From NCBI GenBank assembly GCA_900314585.1, contig OMVV01000011.1:1-55042 (forward strand): 55,042 bases of DNA, given 5' to 3'. Source of the stretch: an uncultured Erysipelotrichaceae bacterium (GTDB taxonomy: Bacteria; Bacillota_I; Bacilli_A; RFN20; CAG-826). Under the pieces are notes generated by a model. That model had not been told where the DNA came from. It did no database searches and was given only the letters and a program-made list of their open reading frames with translations. The position numbers and the translations under genes are program-made. This document shows positions 20,553 through 30,900 of the stretch, piece after piece; the first letter of the stretch is position 1; each line of letters begins with the position of its first letter.

Positions 20553-21650
20553 ATGAACGAAGAAAAGAAAGTTGCCCCAGTAGCAGAAGCACCTGCTGAA
20601 GAAAAGGGCGATGTCATGCAAATGGTAATGCATGATGAAAATGCACCAATTATTACCATCCGCAAATTACTCGAAGGTGGTGTCCACTTCGGACATAACA
20701 CCCGCAAATGGAATCCAAAAATGGGCAAATTCATCTATGGTGCCCGCAATGGAATCTACATCATTGATTTAAACAAATCAGCCGAAAAACTCGGAGAAGC
20801 ATACCTTGCTTTAAAGAAAATTGTTGATGAAAACGGTAAAGTCTTATTTGTCGGTATCAAACCACAAACCAAAGCTATCGTTGAAGAACAAGCTCTCCGC
20901 AGTGGTTCATTCTATATCACTAACCGTTGGTTAGGTGGTACCTTAACAAACTTCAAGACCATTCAAAGCAGAATTCGTCGCTTGAAAGAACTTGAAACCA
21001 AAGAACTCGATGGTTCTTACGATCGTCTTCCAAAGAAAGAAGTTGCTCTTCTTAAGAAGGAAAAAGAAAAACTTGCGAAAAACCTCAATGGTATTAAAGA
21101 AATGCGTAAGGTTCCAAACGCAGTTGTCGTTTGTGACCCAACCATCGAACATAACGCTGTTGCCGAAGCTCACAAGTTAGGCATTCCAGTCTTCGGTATT
21201 GCTGATACCAACTCCAACCCAGATGTTCTTGACTTTGTCATTCCAGGTAATGATGATGCCGTCCGTTCTGTCAAAGTTATTATCACAACTTTAGCGGATG
21301 CAGTCGTTGAATCAAAAGGCGGAATCACTGAAGTCGCTTACACCAAAGATGAAGGCGAAGAAGCAACTATGAAAGATGCGATTCGTCAAGCTGATAAAGA
21401 AAACGCCGAACGTTTAGCAGCTATCCGTAAAGCTCGCCAAGAAAAACAAGAACGTTATGAAAAGATGCAAGCTTTCCGTAAACAAAAAGAAGCCGCTAAA
21501 GAAGGCAAAGCTCCAGAGGCTAAGGTAGAAGAAAAACCAGCCGAAGAAGCTAAAGAAGAAAAACCTGCTGAAGAAAAACCAGCAAAGAAACCAGCTGCTA
21601 AGAAAGCCGCTCCAAAGAAAGAAGCTGCTAAGGCAGAAGAGGCTGAATAA
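20553..21650 (+). CDS. rpsB: 30S ribosomal protein S2 with N- and C-terminal extensions
   Basis: LLEGGVHFGH, WNPKM, RWLGGTLTN, DTNSNPD, PGNDDA; SD ggaggt before ATG 20553. Confidence 0.97.
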   Translation: MNEEKKVAPVAEAPAEEKGDVMQMVMHDENAPIITIRKLLEGGVHFGHNTRKWNPKMGKFIYGARNGIYIIDLNKSAEKLGEAYLALKKIVDENGKVLFVGIKPQTKAIVEEQALRSGSFYITNRWLGGTLTNFKTIQSRIRRLKELETKELDGSYDRLPKKEVALLKKEKEKLAKNLNGIKEMRKVPNAVVVCDPTIEHNAVAEAHKLGIPVFGIADTNSNPDVLDFVIPGNDDAVRSVKVIITTLADAVVESKGGITEVAYTKDEGEEATMKDAIRQADKENAERLAAIRKARQEKQERYEKMQAFRKQKEAAKEGKAPEAKVEEKPAEEAKEEKPAEEKPAKKPAAKKAAPKKEAAKAEEAE

Positions 21651-21652
21651 TT

Positions 21653-22372
21653 ATGGCCAGCATGATTGAACTCATTAAAGAATTACGCGATCGTACTGGC
21701 GCTGGCATGATGGATTGCAAAAAAGCTCTTGAAGCGAGCAATTCCGATGTCGAAAAAGCTATTGACTGGCTTAGAGAAAAAGGAATCGCAAAAGCCCAAG
21801 CTAAAGCAAGCCGCATTGCCGCTGAAGGTTTAGCGGGTGTCGTCGTTAAAGGCGATAAAGCAATTATTGCTGAAGTTAACTGTGAAACCGACTTCGTCTC
21901 TAAAGGTGAAAAATTCCACAAGCTCGTCGAAGACGTCATGAATGTCACCTTAGAAAAAGGTTCTAAGAACCTTGATGAAGCTAAAGACGCAACCAAAGCT
22001 TTATTCACTGATGCAACTGTGTCAATGGGTGAAAAGCTTGATTATCGTCGCTTCGAAGTCGTAGCTGATATTCCGGCTGATGTTATCGAACACGAAAGAG
22101 CAATTGCCTTTGAAACTGCTAAGGCAGATCCAAAACTTGCTGGCAAACCAGAACAAATGCTTCAAGGAATCGTTAATGGAAAGGTTAAGAAAGTTCTCTC
22201 TGAATCAATTCTCCTTTCTCAAGCCTATCTCCTTGATGGCGAAAAGAGCGTTGCCCAAGTTCTTAAAGAAAGTGGCGCTAACGTTGTTAAATTCGTTAGA
22301 TATGCTGTTGGTGAAGGTATTGAAAAACGTCAAGATAACTTCGCTGACGAAGTCATGAAAGAAATCAAATAA
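21653..22372 (+). CDS. tsf: Elongation factor Ts (appears internally deleted)
   Basis: LRDRTGAGMMDCKKAL, EVNCETDFV, RYAVGEGIEK; lacks the AMHIAA segment. Confidence 0.93.
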   Translation: MASMIELIKELRDRTGAGMMDCKKALEASNSDVEKAIDWLREKGIAKAQAKASRIAAEGLAGVVVKGDKAIIAEVNCETDFVSKGEKFHKLVEDVMNVTLEKGSKNLDEAKDATKALFTDATVSMGEKLDYRRFEVVADIPADVIEHERAIAFETAKADPKLAGKPEQMLQGIVNGKVKKVLSESILLSQAYLLDGEKSVAQVLKESGANVVKFVRYAVGEGIEKRQDNFADEVMKEIK

Positions 22373-22390
22373 TTAAAAAGGAGTCTTGCT

Positions 22391-23104
22391 ATGTATCGTC
22401 GAATCTTAGTTAAACTCTCTGGAGAAGCTCTCTCTGGAGATGGTAAAAGCGGAATTCTCGATAGCGAGGCTCTTTTAAATACTTGTCATTCAATTAAAGC
22501 CATCTATGATGAGGGTATCGATGTTTGCATCGTTGTCGGTGCAGGCAATATCTGTCGTGGTGGACTCATTGAAAAGACAGGTTTTGATCGAGTTACAGGT
22601 GACTACATGGGTATGCTAGGCACCGTTATCAACTCCTTTGCCATTAAAGAAACATTAACTAAATTAGGTGCGAAAGCTGTTGTGCTTTCCGCTGTGGAAA
22701 TGAAGCAATTCACCGAAACATATTCACCTGAACTTGCTGATAAATATCTTTCTAAACATGTCATCACCGTCTTTGGCGGTGGAACTGGAAAGCCATTTTT
22801 CACAACTGATACCTGTGCAGCGATGCGTGCTATCGAAGCAAAATGCGATGCTATCTTAATCGCAAAAAACGGAGTTGATGGCATTTATGATGATGATCCT
22901 CGTATCAACAAAAACGCGAAACTTTATAAGGAAATCAACTGTTCAACCATCATTGAAAAGAACCTCAAAGTTATGGACTTAACAGCGGTGGAACTTCTCA
23001 AGGATAAAGATGTCGATATTTGTGTATTTAACGCGCAAAACACGGATAATTTTGTCAAAGTTGCCCGTGGTGAACACATCGGAACAGTTGTTAAGAAAGG
23101 ATAA
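22391..23104 (+). CDS. pyrH: UMP kinase
   Basis: KLSGEAL, GAGNI, DYMGMLGT, PFFTTDT, VDGIYDDDP. Confidence 0.97.
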   Translation: MYRRILVKLSGEALSGDGKSGILDSEALLNTCHSIKAIYDEGIDVCIVVGAGNICRGGLIEKTGFDRVTGDYMGMLGTVINSFAIKETLTKLGAKAVVLSAVEMKQFTETYSPELADKYLSKHVITVFGGGTGKPFFTTDTCAAMRAIEAKCDAILIAKNGVDGIYDDDPRINKNAKLYKEINCSTIIEKNLKVMDLTAVELLKDKDVDICVFNAQNTDNFVKVARGEHIGTVVKKG

Positions 23105-23109
23105 AAATT

Positions 23110-23655
23110 ATGGATGAAATTGCATTAGAAGCCAAGGAAAGAATGGCTAAATGTCTCGACGCTCTCCGCAATGAACTCGTGACATTAAGAACTGGACGCG
23201 CAACCCCAGCGATGCTCGACCGCGTCGAATGTGAATATTATGGAGATAAGATTGCGATTAACCAAATCTCATCAATCACTTCTCCAGAACCACGTCAACT
23301 TCTCATCAAACCTTACGATAAGAACGATGTTAAAGCGATTGTTGCCGCAATTGGCGCAGCTAACTTAGGTGTTAATCCAGTTAACGAAGGAGATTGCATC
23401 CGTATCACTGTTGCTCCACTTACCGAAGATTCTCGTCGTGACCTTGCTAAAAAAGCAAAAGCGATGTCAGAAGAATCAAAAGTCGCGATTAGAAATGTCC
23501 GTCGTGAATATATCGACTTTGTCAAAGACGCCGATGACATGACTGATGATTATAAAGAAAGAGTTCAAGATGACATCCAAAAAGTCGTTGATGAAACGAT
23601 GAAACAAGTCGATGAAATCTTAGCTCAAAAAGAAAAAGAAATCATGACAGTATAG
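23110..23655 (+). CDS. frr: Ribosome recycling factor
   Basis: LRTGRA, PLTEDSRRDL, VAIRNVRR, KEKEIM. Confidence 0.97.
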   Translation: MDEIALEAKERMAKCLDALRNELVTLRTGRATPAMLDRVECEYYGDKIAINQISSITSPEPRQLLIKPYDKNDVKAIVAAIGAANLGVNPVNEGDCIRITVAPLTEDSRRDLAKKAKAMSEESKVAIRNVRREYIDFVKDADDMTDDYKERVQDDIQKVVDETMKQVDEILAQKEKEIMTV

Positions 23656-23680
23656 AGAGGGTAATTCCTCTCTTTTCTTT
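23654..23680 (+). terminator. Terminator after frr
   Basis: agagagg-gtaatt-cctctct followed by tttcttt. Confidence 0.7.
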
Positions 23681-23748
23681 TAGAAGTATTCCCAATTTTT
23701 TTACTATAGTCTTGTATCAGGCGTGTCTACGCTTGTATAATTACTAGC

Positions 23749-24489
23749 ATGAGCGAAAAAGTAAAACTAAACAAACCAATTAAACACATTGCTTTCATAA
23801 TGGATGGCAATGGTAGATGGGCTAAAGAAAGAGGACTTCCTCGTCATCTTGGCCACAAAGAAGCGTGCAACCGCATCGTTGAAGTTTTTGATTATTGTAA
23901 GGAATTTGATATTCCGGTTATGTCATTTTATGCCTTCTCTACTGAAAACTGGTCGAGACCAAAAGCAGAGATTAGACATTTATTCACATATCTCGAAGTT
24001 TTCTTTAAAAAAGAAATCAACAAACTTATCAAAGACGGCACGAGAGTTATGATTTCTGGCGATGTAAGCCGTCTACCCGAAAAAACTCAAAAGACAATCG
24101 CGAAATCAATTGAACTCACCAAAGATTGTAAGAACTTTGTCTTTAACATTTGTTTAAATTATGGCGGCAAAGAAGAACTCACAAGGGCCGCTAGAAATAT
24201 CGCTCAAGAAGTCAAGGATGGTAAACTTGATATCAAAGATATCACTGAACAAGTAATGGAAGATCATCTTTATACTGCTGGTCTACCAAATGTCGATTTA
24301 CTTGTTAGAACATCTGGCGAAGTTAGAATTTCTAATTTCCTTCCATGGCAACTTTGCTATGCAGAAATGGTGTTTACTCCAGTTAAATGGCCAGATTTCA
24401 AATACGAACCATTCCTTGATTGCATCAAAGAATACAATAAGCGCAACCGCCGCTTTGGAGGTTTAGATAATGAAAAAGATCGAAGCTAA
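23749..24489 (+). CDS. uppS: Undecaprenyl diphosphate synthase
   Basis: HIAFIMDGNGRWA, YAFSTENW, RTSGEVRISNFL, RRFGG. Confidence 0.96.
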   Translation: MSEKVKLNKPIKHIAFIMDGNGRWAKERGLPRHLGHKEACNRIVEVFDYCKEFDIPVMSFYAFSTENWSRPKAEIRHLFTYLEVFFKKEINKLIKDGTRVMISGDVSRLPEKTQKTIAKSIELTKDCKNFVFNICLNYGGKEELTRAARNIAQEVKDGKLDIKDITEQVMEDHLYTAGLPNVDLLVRTSGEVRISNFLPWQLCYAEMVFTPVKWPDFKYEPFLDCIKEYNKRNRRFGGLDNEKDRS

Positions 24490-25498
24490 TCATATATCTA
24501 GTGAGGCGAAGCACTCTTTAAAAAAGAGAGTTATCACTGGCTTAGTGATGGCCGCTATCGCTTTCCCATGTATCATCTTGGGCAATTGGTTATATTTTGG
24601 ACTTATTTTTGTTGTGACAGCTTTAGCTGGTTATGAACTTGTTCATATCACTAAGATCGAAGGCAAACTTAAAATCGCGATGTACATCTTGGTTATTGTC
24701 TTTTTAGTAGTATTAACTAATTACATTTTCTTTAGAAATAACTGGGAGTCACTTAAAGTTGGTGGCACGATTACCGCTTGGAATTTGGTCACCAATGGTT
24801 TTGATAATCTTAACTTATCCGCGATGATCATCATCGTTATTGCGATGACATTCTTTATGTTCTCGTTCTTTACTGAAAAGATTACTCTTTTCCACGTCTT
24901 TTATTTCACAACGATGATCATTGTTTTAGCCCTTGGGCTACAATCATTCTTATATTTAAGATTTTCACCTTTCCCGGTGTGGAGAGATTTTAACTTTAAC
25001 TATTATGATGCTGCATCATTCCCATATTTTGAATCACTCTTACTTCTCTTATATACGATGATTGGTGTCATGATGAATGATATCGGTGCCTACTTTGTAG
25101 GAATGTTCTTTGGCAAACACAAAATGAATCCACGTATCTCCCCAAAGAAAACTTGGGAAGGTTTTGTTGGCGGAATTGCTATTTCCGCAGTTTGTTCAAT
25201 TGTTTTTGCCTTAGTCTTCGCCCTTGTTGGTAAACCAATCTTACCGCGATTCTCACTTGATCAATTCTATTGGGTCGTCCTTATTTCAATCTCCATGCCA
25301 ATTGCTGGTGATATCGGCGACTTCGTTTTCTCGGCGATTAAACGTAACGCGGGAATCAAAGATTTTTCCAATCTTCTTCCAGGTCATGGTGGCATCTTAG
25401 ATCGCATCGACTCTTTATTATTCGCTGGTGGATCTGTCGCTGGCTTAATCGCCTTTATGGACTTTATCCAACCTCTCATCTCAAATATCGGACAATAA
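24470..25498 (+). CDS. cdsA: Phosphatidate cytidylyltransferase
   Basis: SPKKTWEG, KDFSNLLPGHGGILDRIDS, multiple TM segments. Confidence 0.95.
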   Translation: MKKIEANHISSEAKHSLKKRVITGLVMAAIAFPCIILGNWLYFGLIFVVTALAGYELVHITKIEGKLKIAMYILVIVFLVVLTNYIFFRNNWESLKVGGTITAWNLVTNGFDNLNLSAMIIIVIAMTFFMFSFFTEKITLFHVFYFTTMIIVLALGLQSFLYLRFSPFPVWRDFNFNYYDAASFPYFESLLLLLYTMIGVMMNDIGAYFVGMFFGKHKMNPRISPKKTWEGFVGGIAISAVCSIVFALVFALVGKPILPRFSLDQFYWVVLISISMPIAGDIGDFVFSAIKRNAGIKDFSNLLPGHGGILDRIDSLLFAGGSVAGLIAFMDFIQPLISNIGQ

Positions 25499-25499
25499 T

Positions 25500-26636
25500 A
25501 TGAAAAAAGTTTTACTTCTTGGAGCGTCTGGTTCAATCGGTTCCCAAAGTATTGATGTTATCAATGCATCAAAAGGGGAATTTGTTTTAACCGCGTTTTC
25601 AGTTGGCAATAGAACGGAGATTGTCGATGAAATTTTAAAGACTCACAAAGAAGTAAAACACGTTTATGTAATTGATAAAGAAAAAGCTAGAAGCTTTGCT
25701 TCCAAATATAAAAACATTCACTTTTATAGCGGAAAAAATGGTTTAGCTAAACTCACAAACAAGGCTGATTACGATATGTGCGTTGACGCCCTTGTTGGTT
25801 TTGCAGGATTTGAACCGGCGATTTTAGCGCTTAAAAGAAATAAGATTCTCTGCCTCGCTAATAAGGAAGCCTTAGTTAGTGGTGGAACTCTTATTTCTAA
25901 GTATTTAGTAACCGGACACGGCAAGCTTTATCCTATCGATAGTGAGCACGTTGCAATCGCTAAATGTTTAAATGGGGTAAATCCTCGCGATGTTAAAAAG
26001 ATTATTATCACTGCTTCCGGAGGAGCGCTTCGCAACGTTCCAATTGAAGATTTAGATAAAATGAGTAAGGATGATGCTTTAAAGCATCCAACTTGGAAGA
26101 TGGGTAATAAAATTACCATCGACTGTGCGACGATGATGAACAAAGGTTTTGAAGTTATCGAAGCCTGGTATTTATACCATTACCCTCTCGATCAAATCGA
26201 AATTAAGATGCATGATGAAAGTCTTGTTCACTCAATGGTAGAACTTAAAGATGGTACTTTAATCGTTGATTATGGAAAACCAGATATGCATAATCCAATT
26301 GCTTGGGCAATGTATGAGGGCAATGTCGAATACGAGACTTTAAAGATAAAATCTTTATCTGAACTCAAAGATTGTCATTTCCATGAATATGATCCAAAAC
26401 GATATCCATGCACTGAACTCGCGAAAAAGTGTATGGTGACATCTGCATCTAAGATGATTGCTTTAAACGCTGCTAACGAAGTAGCAGTCAATCGTTTCCT
26501 TAAGGATGAGATTAAATTCACTGATATCGCTAAGATCGTTAAAAAAGTGGTGGATCAAACTCCAATTATTTATAAGCCATCACTTTGCACAATCAAATCA
26601 CTTGATAAAAAAGCAAGAAAGGCGGCCACATTATGA
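25500..26636 (+). CDS. dxr: 1-deoxy-D-xylulose 5-phosphate reductoisomerase
   Basis: LGASGSIG, LANKE, PIDSEH, HPTWKMGNKITID, NAANEVAV. Confidence 0.96.
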   Translation: MKKVLLLGASGSIGSQSIDVINASKGEFVLTAFSVGNRTEIVDEILKTHKEVKHVYVIDKEKARSFASKYKNIHFYSGKNGLAKLTNKADYDMCVDALVGFAGFEPAILALKRNKILCLANKEALVSGGTLISKYLVTGHGKLYPIDSEHVAIAKCLNGVNPRDVKKIIITASGGALRNVPIEDLDKMSKDDALKHPTWKMGNKITIDCATMMNKGFEVIEAWYLYHYPLDQIEIKMHDESLVHSMVELKDGTLIVDYGKPDMHNPIAWAMYEGNVEYETLKIKSLSELKDCHFHEYDPKRYPCTELAKKCMVTSASKMIALNAANEVAVNRFLKDEIKFTDIAKIVKKVVDQTPIIYKPSLCTIKSLDKKARKAATL

Positions 26637-27976
26637 GTTGGTGGGAATGGATTGTTTCAATAATTCTCTTCATTGTTTCTTTAACCGTCATTGTTGCGAT
26701 TCATGAAGCCGGCCATCTTTCAATGGCGAAACTTTTCAATGTCTACTGCCAAGAATATTCAATTGGCTTTGGACCAGCTTTACTTAAGAAAAAACGTAAA
26801 GGTGGCGAAACTTACTTTGTAATTAGAGCTATTCCTCTTGGTGGATATGTTTCCATGTATGGAGAGGAAATGCAGCTTGAAGAAGGAGTGAATATTCCAC
26901 CTGAACGCTCTATCGAAGGCATCAAAAAATGGAAGAAAATCATCGTTGTCAGTGCTGGTGTTATCTTGAATGCCTTAACTGCCTTTGTTCTCATCTTCAT
27001 TTCGAATGTCGCCTTCCCACTTGTTCGCACAACTTCATATGTCAAAGTCAATCCTGAAAGCATCGCGTATCAAGCCGGCATTCGTGAAGACGATAAGTTA
27101 CAAATCACTTATTCCAAAGATCAAGAAGTCATTTCTGATGGAAAGTTATCTATCAAACCTTTCTCAACAACCTTCACAAACGAAAAAGGTTCTCTTGAAG
27201 GTGTTGCCTTCTTTGTCTTAGACAATACAGTTACATATAACGATTATCACTATGTGATGACTTATTATCCAATCACCACAAAGAGCAATAACGTTCTTTC
27301 TGAATGCTTAACAATGTATGTTGGAGTCACAAAAGAAGAAGTCAAAAATGATGCTGACTTAAATGGGCTTTATTCAACCTGGATGGTAGAAGAAAACGCT
27401 CCAGAATATTATCCAGATTTCAAACATAAATTTAATTACAAAGAAGAGCAAATTCCCGTCAATTTACGATTCAAACATCAAGATGGCGAGATTACGACTT
27501 ATCCATTAACCCTCACCATCAAAGATGGAAAACTCGAGAATTTTGGAGTCGAACTTAAGCTTGAAAATGTCTGGTTACCATTCTCGCAAAGAATGCAAAA
27601 TACATTCGCTGATTATGGCGAAGCTTCAATTGCGGTCTTTAAAGGACTTGGCATGTTATTTACTGGTGGTATCCGTAATATGAGCGGTGTTGTTGGTATC
27701 TTTAGCTATAGCGCACAACTATATGGTAATTATCAATTCGCTACCTACTTATATTTCTGGGGATTAATTTCTGTTAACCTCGCGATCTTCAATTTATTGC
27801 CATTCCCAGGTCTAGATGGATGGCAGATTTTAGTGACTTCCGTCGAAGGAATTTCTAAGAAGAAAATCCCTGATAAAGTTAAATCAATTGTCTCAATGAT
27901 TGGCTTAGTATTAATCTTTGGATTAATGCTTATTATTGTCGTCATGGATATTTTACGACTGATAGGAGTAATTTAA
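26633..27976 (+). CDS. rseP: Site-2 intramembrane zinc protease RseP/RasP
   Basis: HEAGH, IPLGGYV, NLLPFPGLDG. Confidence 0.92.
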   Translation: MSWWEWIVSIILFIVSLTVIVAIHEAGHLSMAKLFNVYCQEYSIGFGPALLKKKRKGGETYFVIRAIPLGGYVSMYGEEMQLEEGVNIPPERSIEGIKKWKKIIVVSAGVILNALTAFVLIFISNVAFPLVRTTSYVKVNPESIAYQAGIREDDKLQITYSKDQEVISDGKLSIKPFSTTFTNEKGSLEGVAFFVLDNTVTYNDYHYVMTYYPITTKSNNVLSECLTMYVGVTKEEVKNDADLNGLYSTWMVEENAPEYYPDFKHKFNYKEEQIPVNLRFKHQDGEITTYPLTLTIKDGKLENFGVELKLENVWLPFSQRMQNTFADYGEASIAVFKGLGMLFTGGIRNMSGVVGIFSYSAQLYGNYQFATYLYFWGLISVNLAIFNLLPFPGLDGWQILVTSVEGISKKKIPDKVKSIVSMIGLVLIFGLMLIIVVMDILRLIGVI

Positions 27977-30900
27977 TGAACGAGAAAATGGTCCGTTTTC
28001 TAAACCACCTCGAGCTTAAAAACATCGAGCGTTTTGACATGGACTTTGATCTTGTTTGCCGCAACCAATTTGTTCCTGATCAAGTCGATATGATTATCGT
28101 TAAGGACACTCCATGGGAATATTCTCTTTTAGAAGAATTCCAAAGCGGATTATCAATTATTGGTTTCCAATATTCAATCCAATTTTCATATAAACGTAAA
28201 CCCACTGTTTATGATGCGATCAAACTATTTGAAGATTGGCATCGTTCACATACGCGTTATCCAAGCAAAATCAAACTCGAGGGTAGTGGCTCAATTATCA
28301 CCTTCGTCTATGAAAGCGAAGCGCAAAAAGAGGAATATGAGCAAATCACTAAGGACTTTATCGATTTCTTAAACTTCCTTTGTTATCGCTTCGAATTCGA
28401 CCACGAAGTCCGTGAAAGTGGACAAGAAGGTCCAGTCGTTTCTGAAAAGAAATTAAAGAAGCTTGAAGAAAAGGCCAATAAAGTTATCGAAGAGGAACAA
28501 GAAGAAGACGAAGAAACCGAAACCTCTTATTACAAAGATTCTCGTGATGTTATCGAAGAGCAAGAAGAACTTCGACAAGTCGAAGAAGAATATATTCAAA
28601 ACCTTAAAGACAATCTTGAACAGATGCGTCTTGATCAAAAGAAGAATAAATCCACCTATAAGAACTGGCGAGATAAAATCCCTTATACAATTGTTAAAGA
28701 TTTGTCTTTACTTGATGCAGAAAGTGGCAACGTCGACTTAAATGGTGAATTATTCGGTATCGATAAACCAAGAACTCAACGTGGTGGTAGATCTTTCCTT
28801 ACCTTTGGTATTGGAAATCCCACAGGTGCGGTTAATGTTCGCGCTATGGAAGGCGAATATATCACCGCTAGTGATCTTGAATCTTACAAAAACGGAATGT
28901 TCGCCCGTATTGCTGGTTATATGAGTAAGGACCGTTACACTGGTCAACCAGTATTGGAAGCTCGCGCCATTGAACTATTGCCACCTCCAGATCTTAGAAC
29001 CGATGAAGAAAAAGAAAAACGTGTTGAACTTCACTTACACACGAAGATGTCGGTTATGGATGGTGTTACTAATATGGATACCTATTGTGCTTTAGCAAAG
29101 AACATGGGTCATAAAGCCATTGCTATCACTGACCATGGGGTCACTCAAGGTTTCCCTGAAGCTGCTAAAGCTAGTGAAAAATATGGCATTAAGGTGCTTT
29201 ATGGAAGCGAACTTTACATGGTTAACGATGAACTTCCATTCGCTCTTAATCCAAGTGAAGATTTACTTAGAAATGCAACCTATGTTGTATTCGACTTAGA
29301 AACAACTGGTTTATCAACTAGATACGATAAGATTACTGAATTTGGTGGTGTTCGTTTTGAACATGGACAAGTGGTGGAAACACTCGACTTACTTATCAAT
29401 CCAGAACGTGAAATCCCTGCAAAAATCGTTGAAAAAACAAAAATCACCAACGAAATGGTGAAGGGAAAACCAACAATTGAACAAGCGATGGATCGCATCT
29501 TAGAATTCATGAAAGGTGCAATCCTTGTCTCCCACAACATCACATTCGACTACGGCTTTATTAACGAAAGCTTGAAGAACATGGGTCGAGAAAAACTTGT
29601 TCAGCCAGCAATCGATACTCTTTCTTTGTCTCACTATCTATTTCCAGAAGCAAATCGTCATACCTTAGGCGCTTTATCCCGTAACCTAGGAATTTCTACA
29701 TACAATGAAGATGAAGCCCACCGTGCTGATTACGACGCTCGTGTCTTAAATGAAGTTTGGTTAGCCATGCTAAGTCGTTTGATGAAAGATAATTACGAAA
29801 TCAAACATTCCGATTTAGCTAAGATTAAATCCACAAACGCGATGCTGAAACATATGCGTGGCTCTCACGTTACTTGTTTAGCGATCAATAAAGATGGTTT
29901 CCACAACTTGAATCAACTTGTCAGCGAATCTCACATCGATTTCTTTGCGAACGTTCCAAAAACTCCAAAACGCGAAATCATTCGTTTAAGAAAAGGATTG
30001 TTACTTGGTTCGGCTTGTTTAAACGGCGAAATCTTTGATATTGAAAGAACTCGTTCCAAAGAAGATTTACTTGAAGCGATGAAGTTTTATGACTTTATCG
30101 AAGTCCAACCTCCAGAGAACTATTCATACTTAATTAACCGTGGTTCATGCGAGAATTACGAGGAAATTCAAAAATACATCAAGGATATTGTTGATTGTGC
30201 AGCTGAGTTAAATATCACCTGTGTTGCTACTGGCGATGTTCATTACGCAAATCCAGAAGATAAAATAATTCGTGATATTTATATTGAAGCAAAAGCGGTT
30301 GGTGGTGCTCTCCACCCACTTAAGATTCGTAATGTAAACTGTGAAGCACCAAATCAACATTATCGTTCAACTAAAGAAATGCTCGATGCTTTTGAATTCT
30401 TAGGTAAAGAAAAAGCATTTGAGATTGTTGTAACTAACACCAACAAGATTGCCGATATGGTGGAGACACTTTCACCAATTCAAAAAGAACTACATCCACC
30501 TGTACTTGAAGACTCTCCAAAAAGATTAACCGAAACTTGCTATGCAAAAGCAAAAGAAATATATGGCGATCCACTTCCAGAAGTAATTGAAGAACGTCTT
30601 AAAAAAGAGTTGGACGGTATTATTTCTAACGGTTATTCCGTCACTTATGATGCCGCTAATAAGATTGTTTCCAAAGCTAATGAAGATGGCTTTATGGTTG
30701 GATCCCGTGGTTCGGTTGGTTCATCTTTTGCTGCCCACATGTTTGGCATCACTGAAGTTAACCCACTTAAACCACATTACCATTGTCCAAATTGTAAACA
30801 TTTAGAGTTTGTTGATTCGCCTCAATATCTTTCTGGCTACGACTTACCAGATAAGCGTTGTCCACATTGTGGTGAAAAGATGATTGGTGATGGTCAAAAT

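Noticed and set aside
25500-26636. Genetic code 4 (TGA=Trp) as in mycoplasmas
   Set aside because: TGA terminates genes at their expected ends (dxr, plsX, xerC, rnfC), and conserved Trp residues use TGG.
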